Source: Zygnema circumcarinatum SAG 698-1b (taxonomy: Eukaryota > Plantae > Zygnematophyceae). From it: a stretch of 64,000 bases of DNA. The position numbers and the translations under genes are program-made. The stretch spans positions 3,381,361 to 3,445,360 of the forward strand of contig CM074805.1 in the NCBI GenBank assembly GCA_037447605.1. The letters are read 5' to 3'. The notes below the pieces were generated by a model that searched no databases, was not told where the DNA came from, and worked only from the letters and a program-made list of their open reading frames with translations. Below, in pieces: positions 34,736-46,512 of the stretch. Position 1 is the stretch's first letter; the number at the start of each line of letters is the position of its first letter.

Positions 34736-35598
34736 TTGTCAAAATCAGGAGAAAGGCGATGACATGAAAAGTAGCGAAGGGAAGGGAGTCAAGGAGAGAC
34801 GTAAGAAGAGAGGAAAGGCCAATATAAAGAAAAGGAGGAAAGTAGGAGATAATTTACATACTATTCATCGTGGCTATTCTTTCATAGAATGAAGTATCTC
34901 AATTGAATCTCATATTTTTCTTTTTCTTGGATCGAGTGTGTTATAAGAACACATGAATCTCTTAATTGTTTCAGCTTCTTCTAAAATATCTCTTACTCGA
35001 GAAGAAAACTTTCTTACAGCTCTCATGGACTCACTGTCATCAGTTCTTGTCCCTATTCCTTTCAAGGCTTGGGCTAAATCCTGATCTAAAATTGTATGAA
35101 TGATCTGAGTCCACTCTTGATTTTCAGCGTTCATTGAAACAAGAAACACTTGTGACTGCCAGCCTGCAGGCTGCAGCTCCCCTGTATGATGTTATAGGAG
35201 AGAATAGAAAAGTCACCATGTATAGAGTCTGTAGACTAGAACGGGTAATGGGGAGACATGGAAAAAATTGGGGAGGAAGATAGAGAGCCAACAAAGCAAT
35301 AAGCAACATTGTCAAATAAATAGCGAAAAACTTGCACGGAGGATAAATCAGAAAGCAGATGTTGGAAGCACCGGCGTGAAGGTTGCCATTTATCTATCTA
35401 TCGATCGAAGTTGCTCTTCGTCCAATCTCTTAGATTGTACAAAGTGCAAAACATTATTGACAAGGCACGCTAACACATCGGGATCGCCCCTCTCACTATT
35501 TACATCTTCGGATATTTAGGCATTACCCAGCGTGAAAACAGAAGAGCATCACGAACAACAACCCTATTTTGATGTTTGCTGTTGACACCAATCAAGCC

Positions 35599-38554
35599 TT
35601 ATTTGACTCTAAACCTAAACATGAACTTCACATCACTCGGCTTTAGGCTCAATCTCTCCGCCGTCACTTTCACAACGGCTCTCTGTATGAGCATCCGTTG
35701 CAGCACTCGAGTAATATTGAGAGTGTCGTCGAGCCCCACATGGTGAGTCCCCAAAGGCTCTATGTTCAGACCCCGCATCATGGCGAGCATCCCGCCAGCC
35801 TGCATATAACAAAACCAAACTACATCAACTTCTTTTCAAATCCCTTACACGATATCGCCAAACCCGAACGTCCTTAATCATCCAACAGTCTTCATTAGAT
35901 AGTAGGCAGACAGTCTGACTATACCAGAGGGGGAAAATGCAATGGCGAAAGCGTTAGCCAACAATAGTAAGGAGTGGTTTACGAGCAGATTTTGCAGTGT
36001 TCATCCATTTTGGAGGTGAGTGGAAACCTTACCCTGCGATTGTAGTGGTTGAGATAGATGTCCTTCAAGTTGACCCATTGCATGAAGTAGGGAGGCAGAG
36101 AAATCTCCGAGTCAACACACTGTTCAGGAATTTTGGTTTTGATGTCCCAGTTGCCGCTGAACTCCCATCAGATCCCCACAACAACACGAAGGCCATGGCT
36201 TCAAGGATGCTCTCTAGCCCCTACAAGTCGCCCCCGACCGTTTTCAGGGTCTATAGGAAAAGGAGCAGAAAGAAGTGGCAGGTGAGCCGACACAGCCCGT
36301 TCAACGAACTGTGAAGTAAAAGGGGGGATTAAGTCTACTTGGACTACTCCATAGCCTAAGACTTTCGATTGTAAGGTTATCCACGAGGAGAAACTGGGGA
36401 GGATGGCGCACCAAGTGACAAAAGCAGCGTGTTTGAGTCTTCTGGATGATCTTGAATTCCACAGGCCGTGTGTTTGCATCCACTTCTCAAACTGTAGAAG
36501 AGTTTCTGTGAAGGGAATGGCCGTATCGTGCCAAACTCTGTCCTAGCACACGGGATCATGATCAGATCTCTGCATCTGCTCCCTTCTCCAGTCACATTCT
36601 TCTTTCTGTTCATTAACTGTTCTGTTCTGTTCTAAAGTTTACATTTCAGCTTGCCCGAGTCAACATGTAAACTGTGCATGCTTCTTGAATGGTCTTATAG
36701 GCAACTATTATTTTCCAGGTCATGTGCATTGCAACTAAGCTCGAGAGCAATAGCATGCATGAATGGAGCTTGCATGCATACCTGTCCAAGCCCCAGGAGC
36801 CGTACTTCCCTGCAATGTACTCCTTTTGACGTTCCACTGACATCTTTACGGGACGCACAAATCTGGCACAGTTCCATGCTGGAAAAAAAGTTAAAACTTA
36901 GGCTCTAAATTTTTTCTTACGCACGTAAATTTTGCAAATGGACTACAGCTAATCTTCCGTTTGATGAAAAGCGATAAAAAAAGGCATCAGCAGCTTACCG
37001 ATGAAAGCGATCGGTGACTTTCAAAGTCTTGGCTTCCAACATCACAACAGCAAACTCTAAAATTTCAACGCGCCCTTCGAGATCGAGCACAAGGAAACGA
37101 TCGAATGGCTGTGGCTGTACCCCCTCCAATTCAGGGGGTTGCACTTCCAGGGAAGGAAATTCATGTGTAAATTTTGAAAGATGAGCCACGTCATCTCCCT
37201 GCAGGTTTGACGTGGAGCATGAAAAGAAATTTAAGAGGAAGGATTGGATGTGAGAGCATCAATGGTCGAAGTACATTCCTTCTTCATTTGGTCAGATGTA
37301 AAGATAGGCTGACGGTCCCATTGTGCAAGACGCCATAAGGAGCTTGATCAACTAACATCGAAACCTGGCTGAGGCGTAAAAGTAGTGCCTTGTCAGTGTC
37401 CCCCTATTGTCAAGAATATTCGCAGGCTCATAAAAGACTAATGATCGGAATTTCTTCATTCCTCGACTAAAGATGATGAACATGTAGTATTCTCCTCGGG
37501 GCAAGACCACTTCTGAAGTCTCTTAAATAACGAACTTCCTGAGCTGTAAATCAGTGCCGAGCTAACCGGGATGAAGGATTCACAAATTTGTGCACCTGCA
37601 CACTTATTCTTGCCCGGAATCCTTACATGCATGAATCAAACCTTCTTCCACCCCTCCAGATACTCCCCAAGGTTGGAGAATTTTAATTTGCAATTGAAAG
37701 TAATGCAGCTTCAAGAATAAAAATCCTGACGGGCTTACCAAAGTGCAAAGACCCTGAGTGAAGAAGTAGCAAAGCGGCTTTTGCTTCGGTTCTCGCGTGG
37801 CGCTCCAGTGGACTTCTGAAGTCGACATACGGCCCCTGCTTACCACGCCATCTCTCAGGAAAACTTCTGTCGTCGGCAATGTGAGCAGTCCGTCGTTTGT
37901 TTCCCCTCCCTCACTCTGCATTCCCTCCTCCTTCACTTCCGCCACTAACGAAATCCTTCCCGGAGAGCCACCCATTTCACATTCTTCAACGTGTTGCGAT
38001 GAACCATCACCCTCCTCGTCGGCTCCATACCCCTCTTCTCCTCCCCTGTGTAATGCAGGCTTACTACGCCCTTCAAGGTACGCGTTTCCAGAATAAAGAA
38101 GAAAACCAAACCTATCCCGATAAAATGCACGACCACTGCATCTCCACAATCCCCCAGCAGTAGAAAGCGACAACACTGAGCCTGGAGATAGCCAACACTC
38201 CCTTCGAAGCTTCCGTGCCTCTTCCCGCACAAATCCATTGCTTCCTTTGTTCCCTGCACTTTCCGACGGCCTCCACGCGCAAGAATGATAGAAGCCCCCA
38301 AGCCCGAGCCTCACTCTCTGCGCGAGGAGCGCTGTGCAAGCGCAGCCATGGCGGCCCCCGACCATGGCCATCCTCTTCGCGGACGTTAGGGCTAAGGGCA
38401 CCTTGGAAGACGGCTCTTCGTACCGTACGGTCATGTCGTACAGTACGAGTATTGTACGGTTTGTATGTGTCGTACGAGCGTACGATCCGTACAATGGTGT
38501 TGTACGGCCTTTTTGCCAGCTGGAGGAGAAGCTCATCCTAGGCGGCGCCGCCAT
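35599..38554 (-). CDS. ERI1: ERI1-like DEDDh 3'-5' exonuclease with CCCH-type zinc finger (multi-exon; start codon uncertain, 38554 or ~38370)
   Basis: Exons: KPLCYFFTQGLCTL (ends 37739); HLSKFTH..FLVLDLEGRVEILEF (37198-36999); FVRPVKMS; VWHDTAIPF..AAFVT; GNWDIKTKIPEQC..WVNLKDIY; GTHHVGLDDTLNITRVLQRML. GT-AG junctions checked for the first exons. Confidence 0.9.
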
Positions 38555-38713
38555 GGCGGGCGAGTGTCCCTGGGCTTCTTCTGCGAGCTTAGGCTGCTCC
38601 GGCTCTCCTACTCTGCGGGTTTTTAGGGTCTGGGGGGGTTCAGGGGTGTTCTGGGCCGGGCTCTGGGCACAGTCTGCACCAGCGCCTGTGCGGCTGAGGG
38701 AGAGGGTGGAGCC
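38555..38713. promoter_or_regulatory. Short bidirectional promoter region with telo-box-like (TTTTTAGGGT) and site II-like (TGGGCC/TGGGCT) motifs
   Basis: ~160 bp between divergent ATGs; motifs at ~38570, ~38620 and ~38654. Confidence 0.5.
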
Positions 38714-41700
38714 ATGGGGAGGAAGAAGGAGCCAGACGCGGCAATTCTGACGATGGTGGCGCGGTTCTTGAAGAATAGCAGTTTTTCGAAAAGCATGGTG
38801 ACTTTCATGGCAGAGGCTCGGCCTGTGAGTTGTGCTTCCCTCTTCCTGAATTCCCTGCCGAGGTGGGGAAGAATGGTTCACTGAGAGGGAAGAATGTGAC
38901 CTATTTTGGGGCTGTAAAAGGGGAGGAGACATAGGAACCTATGTGAAGTAGGGAGCTGAGAGAAGGGGTAGGGTGTTGAGGACAGGAATTCCAGGGTTTA
39001 TTGTTCAAAGAAACGTTTTGAAGCTATTTCTTTGCCAAAGAACGTAATCATGCCGAGAATTTTATTTGAGTTTTTGAAATGGCTCTTCTTCTCATGAATT
39101 GTTCAAACCAGATGTTTTTGAAAATAACCCCCATAGAGCTGAAACTGCTGGTGTATGCGGGATGGAGCTCTCAATCTCTTTGTATATCAGGGCTTGACTG
39201 AAGACGAAGTGAACCGGGAAGACGTGGCAGACATTGAAGAAGTTTATGCGTTTTGGAAGGCGTCCAACCAAGGGTACAACACCCATCAATATCTAATCAT
39301 GAAGGTCCTTCTGGAACGCAGAATAATTTGAAATTAAAAGTAGGATAATCCTTCTGGCGCTATAGTCTTGTTTCAGTATTTCTTTATCTTTCAAGATAGT
39401 TTTTCATTTGATGTTTATAAAGTGTCGGCCGATTGTATGTGCTGCGCAATTGAGTGCATGATTGGCTCGTTATCTTATGGTTTTTACTCAACATCGACGA
39501 CAACATGCTCGATGCGGTTGTGCTTATAATAAACCTTTATGAAGGCCGTTCTCCATCAATACCGATGATTATGATATTAGTTTTAGATGATAATGTAAGA
39601 ACTTCTGCGGAAGGTCGTGATAAGCAGTTTGGAGGGGTCACGCTTCCTGACCTGAATTTGCGTTGGGGTTAAACATGGAGCAAAATTAGAGTCACGTTAA
39701 TAATAATGTTATGTTAATAGTTTTGTTACATTTACAAGTTATGTTGAATGCTGTCAATTTTAGGTGCACAGTGAGTTCTAGGAATTGCACGAGCTTATAA
39801 CATTGGCGAAAACTAACTCTCTCAGAAAATTGCTCAGCCACTTTTGTCTGTGCACTTAGTTAGAGGCCGTTTTTTCACAAATTCAATGGAAATTTTAGCG
39901 GCATTATCTGATGATGGGAGTATTATAGAACAGGGGCTTTTGGGGACCTTCCGGGAGAGGTTTGTTGAGGTTGCGAACTTGCTAATTCTGTCCATTTTTT
40001 CTGTTCCAATGTTACCACGTGTAGTTATTTCGATATTGGATTGTTCAAGTGTTAAAGATGATTCAGTAACGAGTAATAGAAAAGAGTCAGACTGGTGCCT
40101 GCAGTTAAATATCATAATTATGCACCTTTTTTTAGTTTCGGATTGTCGCATTTGGTGTATACTTTCATACGGCATACTTAACTCAGCACGGCATGAGGTA
40201 GTCATATCCACTACTCTACTTCTTTGTATGATTCTGGTGAAGAACTGAGCAATATATATGGTCCTTGTTTGGTGGCTAATGGGGAAGAAAGGGATTTGGC
40301 ACAGAGGAAAAGGAAAGAAACGCAAAGAGCAGACTATGGAAGCCCCTGCTGCTGAGCCTGTGAAGGCCAAAAAGCGCAGCAAACAGGAAGCTGCGGGATC
40401 AGTCTCAGAGCTTGAAGATGGGATCGTGATTCCTGGTGAGAATGAGGGAAAGGCTAAGGGCAAGAAGGGTGCAACTGTTAGCAAGAAAGTACAGAAGAAT
40501 GGAAACGTAGAACAGGAGAAGGCAGAGGTTGTTGTAGATGCAGAGCAGACACAAGCAGTTGAAGGAGATGTGGTGAACGAGACTGCAGATGGAGCTGAAG
40601 ATACCGAGGTGGGTATCAAAGGAAAAAAGCGGAAGACAAAGGAAGTGAAGAAAGCTATCCATGAAGACAAAGAGATTGCGAAGGGCAAAAAGAAATCTAC
40701 GAAAGAGGAATCAGCAGCAGCAGCAGAGGTGAAAGACGAGAAAGTTGAAGAGGCTAAAGTGATAAAGGTCACGAGAGGAAAGAAAAAGGCAATGGCTGTG
40801 AATGAAAAGGCTGTTTCAGTTGAGGATGAATCCGCACAGCATTCGGAACCTCAGAAGGAAGAGATTATTGTGAAGGCAGGAAAGAAGGGGAAGAAAACAG
40901 GAAGCATGAAAGCTTTGACTACTGCAAAGGAGACGGAAGTGCAGGCGAACGGCCACGAGGCTGATGCTAAAGATAAAGGAAGTGTAAAGGTTGAAGGGGA
41001 GAAGAAGACTAAAAAGGGCAAGAGTGCACCAGTCGACGGCCAATCGACAGAGGATAGGATAACGCCACCGTTGGAAGATTCAAAATCTCCGGTCAATGCA
41101 ATCAAATCGCCTGCTTTTGCGGCAGACTCCGCTGAGGTAAGTGCTGTTTTCTGTCTTCTGCCACATGCCGTAATAGCCAATGGCTCAGAATGACTTATGC
41201 ATGAATAGTCGTTTCTGTTATACAGTGTCATTGGCGATTCATATCGAGTATTGCTCAGCAGCTGCTGATTGCTGCTCTGTTGAAAATATACTAATTGCCC
41301 TGTACACATCACATGTGGCCCTTTGGAAAATATATTGCACGGTCTGGTTTAGTTTGTGCAAAATTTTGGCTAACAGGCACATGGATTCTGGCATTTGCAG
41401 AGACATGGCACAGCAGCTCGGGCATTCCAACGTGTGAAAGTGGCCGAGGTGAGAGGCCGAGGAGCAGCTGAAGGGCAAAGAAACGAATACTCGAGAGAAA
41501 TGCCATGTTTCACTGGTTGATTGACTTGCATCACTTTCTGTACGCTGTCGTATATGCCGAAGTAGATGATCTAAACGAGTTTTGCTGCTCCATTACTAGC
41601 TATTTGTTAATGTAGCGTTGCCGATACGTGATGCAATGTTCGCCATATATATCTATATTTGTACTGGTGGATGCGTGTAACTGCAGTTTTTTATGAGCGT

Positions 41701-42446
41701 GTAGGCTGCCTGCGGGTATAAGGCAATAATCTCCTTTGCTTTTATGATCATTGCTGCAGGTGGAGTTCAAGGACGAGAGGCTGAAAGACAATTCATACTG
41801 GGCGAAGGTAAGTGGGCAATTCACAGTTCAATTACTCCCATTTGTAGTGCGCAAGGAAGGCAAAAGTGAATCATGCAGACTCGTAGACATGCTTTATGCG
41901 CTTCAGGAGTTGGCAGGGGATCTGACCCCGTTGTCTTCACTCGATTTGTATCGCGAGAGTGTGATGGAGCACAGTGTAGATTATGAAGGGAGCCGATGCA
42001 AGTGGCTGAGTCCTAAGGTTTACTGGGTGTATTGTGCAGAACGGCGCTGAAACGGGGTGGGGAGCTAAAGCCCAAGAGGTGCTTGGACAAGTACGGGGCA
42101 AGTGAGTGGCTACATCAGAGTCCCAAATAAACCCTCCCTCCTCCACCCACATGGACTTGACGCATACAGTCTGCTTGCCTGCATATAGAGAGACACAGCA
42201 GGACTGTTGCATCCACGCCCAACTAGGCATCCTCTGTCTATTTGGAGCCTCTCAGGAGGTGTATAGTTTAGTGCGACTACTTCGCTGAAACTGAATCGAT
42301 TGTTTTCATTGCTTGTGGTTCTGAATGAGCCTCACAGAGATTTCCGCCATGAAAAGACGAAGAAGAAGCGAGGCAGCTACAAGGGAGGGATCATCGACTT
42401 GGCGAGCCATTCCATCAAGTTCCAGGATTCAGATGAGGACGAATAA
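38714..42446 (+). CDS. SRP40: LisH plus Lys/acidic-rich plus SRP40 C-terminal domain protein (Nopp140/NOLC1/SRP40-like nucleolar protein), multi-exon
   Basis: Exon 1 ILTMVARFLKNSSFSKSMVTFMAEA (LisH-like). Lys-rich exon ~40340-41136. C-terminal exons AFQRVKVAE / VEFKDERLKDNSYWAK / GAKAQEVLGQVRGK / DFRHEKTKKKRGSYKGGIIDLASHSIKF. Confidence 0.9.
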
Positions 42447-43411
42447 ATCTGGCCTTGGTTCGCTCCCAGAGAAGCGGCTTTCGAGTCGTGAAGGAAGTTT
42501 GCCTTTTTAATTATCCAGAGTAGAGCTAGCAGAGGCCAGCCGGGGAGCCCTAAAAGGCTGAGTGGGAATTTTCGTCTTCTCACTTGGAGAGTTGGAATTC
42601 CACCGACTTCACATTTTTAGGAGCTGAGTCGTCAATGGAAGTTTGGCTTCACTACCTGGTCATTTTAAGAACCAGAACTGTACTTACAGTCTCTTGTGCT
42701 ATTCTGCGGAGTTATGATCCTCGAGCTTGATCTTGCGCAGCCTTTTACCAAATCTTGGCATCTGCAACGTGCCATTCTTTGTGGGAACACGGCCATGCAA
42801 ACCAAGTGAAGCGGAACTCAGCAGATGATGGTGCAGATTGTGCAAGCATGGCATGATGGCTCGATGGCATGATAGCATGATGGCATGATGGCACATCTGG
42901 TATGATGTCACGATATGGCTTGAGAGACGTATTCATAATAATAAACACGAGCTGGAGGTACATAAAGAAAGGTTGCTCTAGGGCGGCGAATGGCTAATGG
43001 GCAGCTGTCCCAGAAAAAGGACAGGTAGTCAGAACTGGCACATTTTGATTGTTCGACAACAGCTCTGCTGAGTGTACATACAAAATAAACTTAGCGTGTT
43101 TGNNNNNNNNNNNNNNNNNNNNNNNNNNNNNNNNNNNNNNNNNNNNNNNNNNNNNNNNNNNNNNNNNNNNNNNNNNNNNNNNNNNNNNNNNNNNNNNNNN
43201 NNGCTGTATGACTGAATTTGAGAAGAGTATTCAGTCCAACACATATGGAAAGGAGAAGTCCGTGCTTAATAAAAGCAGACATAACCCTATTAGCCCTAAA
43301 GCCATCAGACAATGGCAGTCAATCATTACTGTAAGCTATTCATACATGCTTCATTCCTTATCACCCTTGAGTCTGTCAGGATGCAGACTCACCTCGTTCA
43401 AAGATCCAACT

Positions 43412-45154
43412 TCACCAGTGCTCTTTGAGCCAGGCTTGAGTAGTCTCTAGCCACTCTGCCTTATGTGAAAAATGGAACGCATGAACGCCAGTTTTGGAGG
43501 TTCCCTGGAAAATCTGCAGCTTCCCGTCTGTCCATAGAGCAAGTGCCTTCCTGGCAACCTCTGCATTGCAAAGGGAATTTTCACCTCCAGTTTGCAACAG
43601 AACAGGCACCTTTATGGGTCCTGCTGCTGCAGTTATCAAATTATCTGCTTCCCAATAGGTGGGCTCAATGCCATCGGCGTCAAAAGCACGCAAGGCTTGC
43701 AAGTGCGTCCAAGCAGGAGGGCTCAGAGCACTTGCTGAGTTGAGATTGGAAAAAGTTTCATTCGGAAGCTTCTTTAGTGCCCGAGACCTGGCAAAGAAAG
43801 GAGGGATCTGTCTATTTTGAAGGCCCAAGGGTTCATTAAACATATGTGACCACGGAGGTTCCTCGAGAAGCGCAGCCTTTATCTGATTGGGAAAGAACTG
43901 AGCCAAACGGGCTGCAGTAGACGCTCCCATAGAATGACCACTTAAATAAATACTCTCGTTCTCACCATTCCGGAAAATTTTCAATATCTGCAGAGCATCT
44001 GTTATAAGCTTCATCATCGTAAAACTTTTGGCAGGAATGGGCTGAGAATCCCCATGGCCCCGAGCATCAGGAAGCATAATATGATAATCAGGAGCAAAGT
44101 TATTGAAGAGAGGAATGAGCACAGCTGCCGACGTGGCTATACCATGCAAGAAAAGTAGCTTCTTCTTCTTCACGTTGGGATCCTCTACAGTTTCGTAGTA
44201 GTGAATATTCAACCCATTTGCCGGCAGAATGCCATGTTTCCATTTTACTCCTTCATACACGGATACACTAGCTGGTGTTGGCGCAATTTCAGGTCCCAAA
44301 TTTTTCGAGTCCTCTGTTTCACCATTTCCTTCCTCGGTTTCAGAATCCCCTTCATTCGCTGTTTCTTCATCCTCCTCACTCTTTGTTCCTGGATCCTCGT
44401 CATTCTCTGTTTCTCCATCTCCTTGTTCCACTGTTTCAGCATTCTCCGCATCTGTTTCTGGATCTTCTTCGCTCCCCGTTCCAGAGTCCTCTTCACTCTT
44501 TGTTCCTGCGTCCTTTTCACCCTCTGTTCCTGAATCCTCTTCACTCTCTGTTCCTGCATCCTCTCCATTCTCTGCTCCTGCATCTCCTCGATTCTCTGTT
44601 TCAGCATTCTCTTGATTCGATGTTTCTGCATTTTCTTCACTCCCTGTTCCAGAGTCCTCTTCACTCCCTGTTCCTGGATCCTTCTGATCTTCTGTTCCTG
44701 CATCCTCTTGATTCTCTGTTCCCGCATCCTCTTGGTTCTCTGTTCCTGAAGGCTCCTGACTTTCTGTTCCTGCGCCCTCTTGGTTCTCTGTTCCTGCATC
44801 CTCGTGATTCTCTGTTCCGCCTTCCGCTGTCGAATCCTTTGGTGTCTCGGATTGAGAAGCATTGTCCGGAAAAGTGTTCCCTGTGGGCGAGGTGAAAGGA
44901 GGCGGTGGCGGGTAAGTTGCCTGCTCCTGATGTTGCATGCTGGCAGGCAATTTCGATGTCGAAGAATAGTGATTAACAACCTGGAACCTCTCCAAAGGTA
45001 TCAGCCAAATGGCCATAGATAGTGTGAGAACAAGAGGCAGAGCCACCCAGCCAAGGCATGCGCAGCGATGCGGCTGCTCCTTGCTAGTTTCCAAAAAGGC
45101 ATGGGAGGGCTCGTCGCCGCCGTCAGCGGCCTCAACGTCTGCAGCTCTGGCCAT
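43412..45154 (-). CDS. Intronless type II membrane alpha/beta hydrolase with acidic repeat stalk (~580 aa)
   Basis: N-terminal TM (LGWVALPLVLTLSMAIWLIP); LFLHG; PDARGHGDS; GHSMG nucleophile elbow; LEEPPW; C-terminal His (GVHAFH). Confidence 0.88.
   Translation of the reverse strand: MARAADVEAADGGDEPSHAFLETSKEQPHRCACLGWVALPLVLTLSMAIWLIPLERFQVVNHYSSTSKLPASMQHQEQATYPPPPPFTSPTGNTFPDNASQSETPKDSTAEGGTENHEDAGTENQEGAGTESQEPSGTENQEDAGTENQEDAGTEDQKDPGTGSEEDSGTGSEENAETSNQENAETENRGDAGAENGEDAGTESEEDSGTEGEKDAGTKSEEDSGTGSEEDPETDAENAETVEQGDGETENDEDPGTKSEEDEETANEGDSETEEGNGETEDSKNLGPEIAPTPASVSVYEGVKWKHGILPANGLNIHYYETVEDPNVKKKKLLFLHGIATSAAVLIPLFNNFAPDYHIMLPDARGHGDSQPIPAKSFTMMKLITDALQILKIFRNGENESIYLSGHSMGASTAARLAQFFPNQIKAALLEEPPWSHMFNEPLGLQNRQIPPFFARSRALKKLPNETFSNLNSASALSPPAWTHLQALRAFDADGIEPTYWEADNLITAAAGPIKVPVLLQTGGENSLCNAEVARKALALWTDGKLQIFQGTSKTGVHAFHFSHKAEWLETTQAWLKEHW
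44330..44830 (-). repeat. Coding minisatellite, 24-bp unit (8 aa, ENQEDAGT-like), roughly 17-20 degenerate copies
   Basis: Repeated TTCTCTGTTCCTGCATCCTC on the plus strand; acidic repeat in the ORF. Confidence 0.85.
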
Positions 45155-46512
45155 TTTTTTCCCCAAAAACAATAAAAAACTAAGTCCTTGACAGAGCCTT
45201 TGCCTCAGAGCTATTACTCATAACAGCAACAGCGTGACAAGAAACCGTCCCTTGATACAAGTTAGGACTACCTCGACCAACTTCCCTTAAGAACTGCGTG
45301 CATCGTTTCCACCTCAGCCACGATTTTTGCGCTGCGATCACTGCAAGCACTAGCTCAAGCTGACTTCTTCCGCAATATATATTTCATAAAAATTAACAGC
45401 GGCGCATGCAGCCTTGCGCCACAACCCCTTCAGCAGCCCTGCCTCATGGACGATGCCCCTTCGTTTGTTTACTGCAGGGGGGAGGGCGAGGCAGGCAGGC
45501 AGGCGTTGGAGTGCAGGTGAATGAAACAATCAGTCAGGCGGCGCCAGTTCCAAAGGAAGGAAGGGCACCGGTAACGGATGACGTCATAGAGCGGTTGTGG
45601 CAACCGGCGGTCACATCCAACTGCCGCGGCGTCGCTGTCGTATGACGTCACCTCCGTTGTCGGTTTGTCTCCCGCTCCCCGCGGCGGTACAGTGACTGAC
45701 TGGCTGACTGGGGTCCCCCGACCGAGGCGACCGACCGAGCGACCGACCGACCCGTCCTGGCCCTGCCTGGCCCCGGACCCAGAAAGAAAATAATAATAAT
45801 TGCGGCAGCAGCAGCAGCTGGTTCCCTAAGTTTATTTTTTCCACGTACATTTGATGGCCTTGCCATCGTGAGTTCAAACAACCATCCCTCTCTCAGCAGC
45901 AGCTCGTGAGGATAACCATTCCCCTTGCTTAGGAGAGAGCGATGCGGCTTTCATTGATCTCACGCATGGCGATGATGCATGCCATCAAATGCACGTGGAC
46001 AACGTCAGCATCATGGGGAACCACGAGGACCTGGCCGCAAAGGCCCTAAGCACAGGAAAGCTAGTCACCTTTGTTCAACTCGATCCTGGCCAAGCACGAA
46101 GTGTGCCCTTAGAGCGGCGCGTGGCCTTCAATCCCAAGCTCGTACGACTGACTAGCCAAGTCACGCGCCGTCAACCACCTCCCATGGTAACAACCACTCC
46201 AGTTCCCGTTCGTCGTGTCGCTGTACGGATGTTTACTGAACGGTACTGTACGGGTCATTTCGTACGGACCATAGGGAGACCGTACACTTTTGTATTCCGT
46301 ACAGTACGTTTCCATGGCTGCATGGATGGCCATGGATGCGTGCGCTTGCAGGCGCCTTTCGCCGTCGCGCTCTCGCCCTCCTCGCAGCAGGGGCAGCAGG
46401 GGCAGCAGGGGCAGCAGTAGGGAGGGAGCGAGGGAGGAAGGCTAAAAATAAGGCGTCTCGCATTTCTGTATGGGAGGGCTACTTGGAGGAACGAGTGTGT
46501 GAGTGATCGCTG

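Noticed and set aside
37466-37525. Box C (ATGATGA) and box D (CTGA) suggestive of a C/D snoRNA
   Set aside because: Only ~45 nt between boxes, poor terminal-stem geometry, antisense to the host intron, and no recognisable rRNA guide.
39300-40250. AT-rich stretch with ORFs in the first intron of the SRP40-like gene
   Set aside because: No recognisable protein motif, TIR or TSD in any frame examined. It could be an old insertion, but nothing supports a call.
39834-40772. 312-aa minus-strand ORF, and similar long antisense ORFs such as 44229-44979 and 44275-44895
   Set aside because: Shadow ORFs on the opposite strand or frame of low-complexity coding exons.
44330-44830. Regular short repeats that might suggest a CRISPR-like array
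   Set aside because: Contiguous 24-bp coding repeats without unique spacers, inside a eukaryotic ORF.
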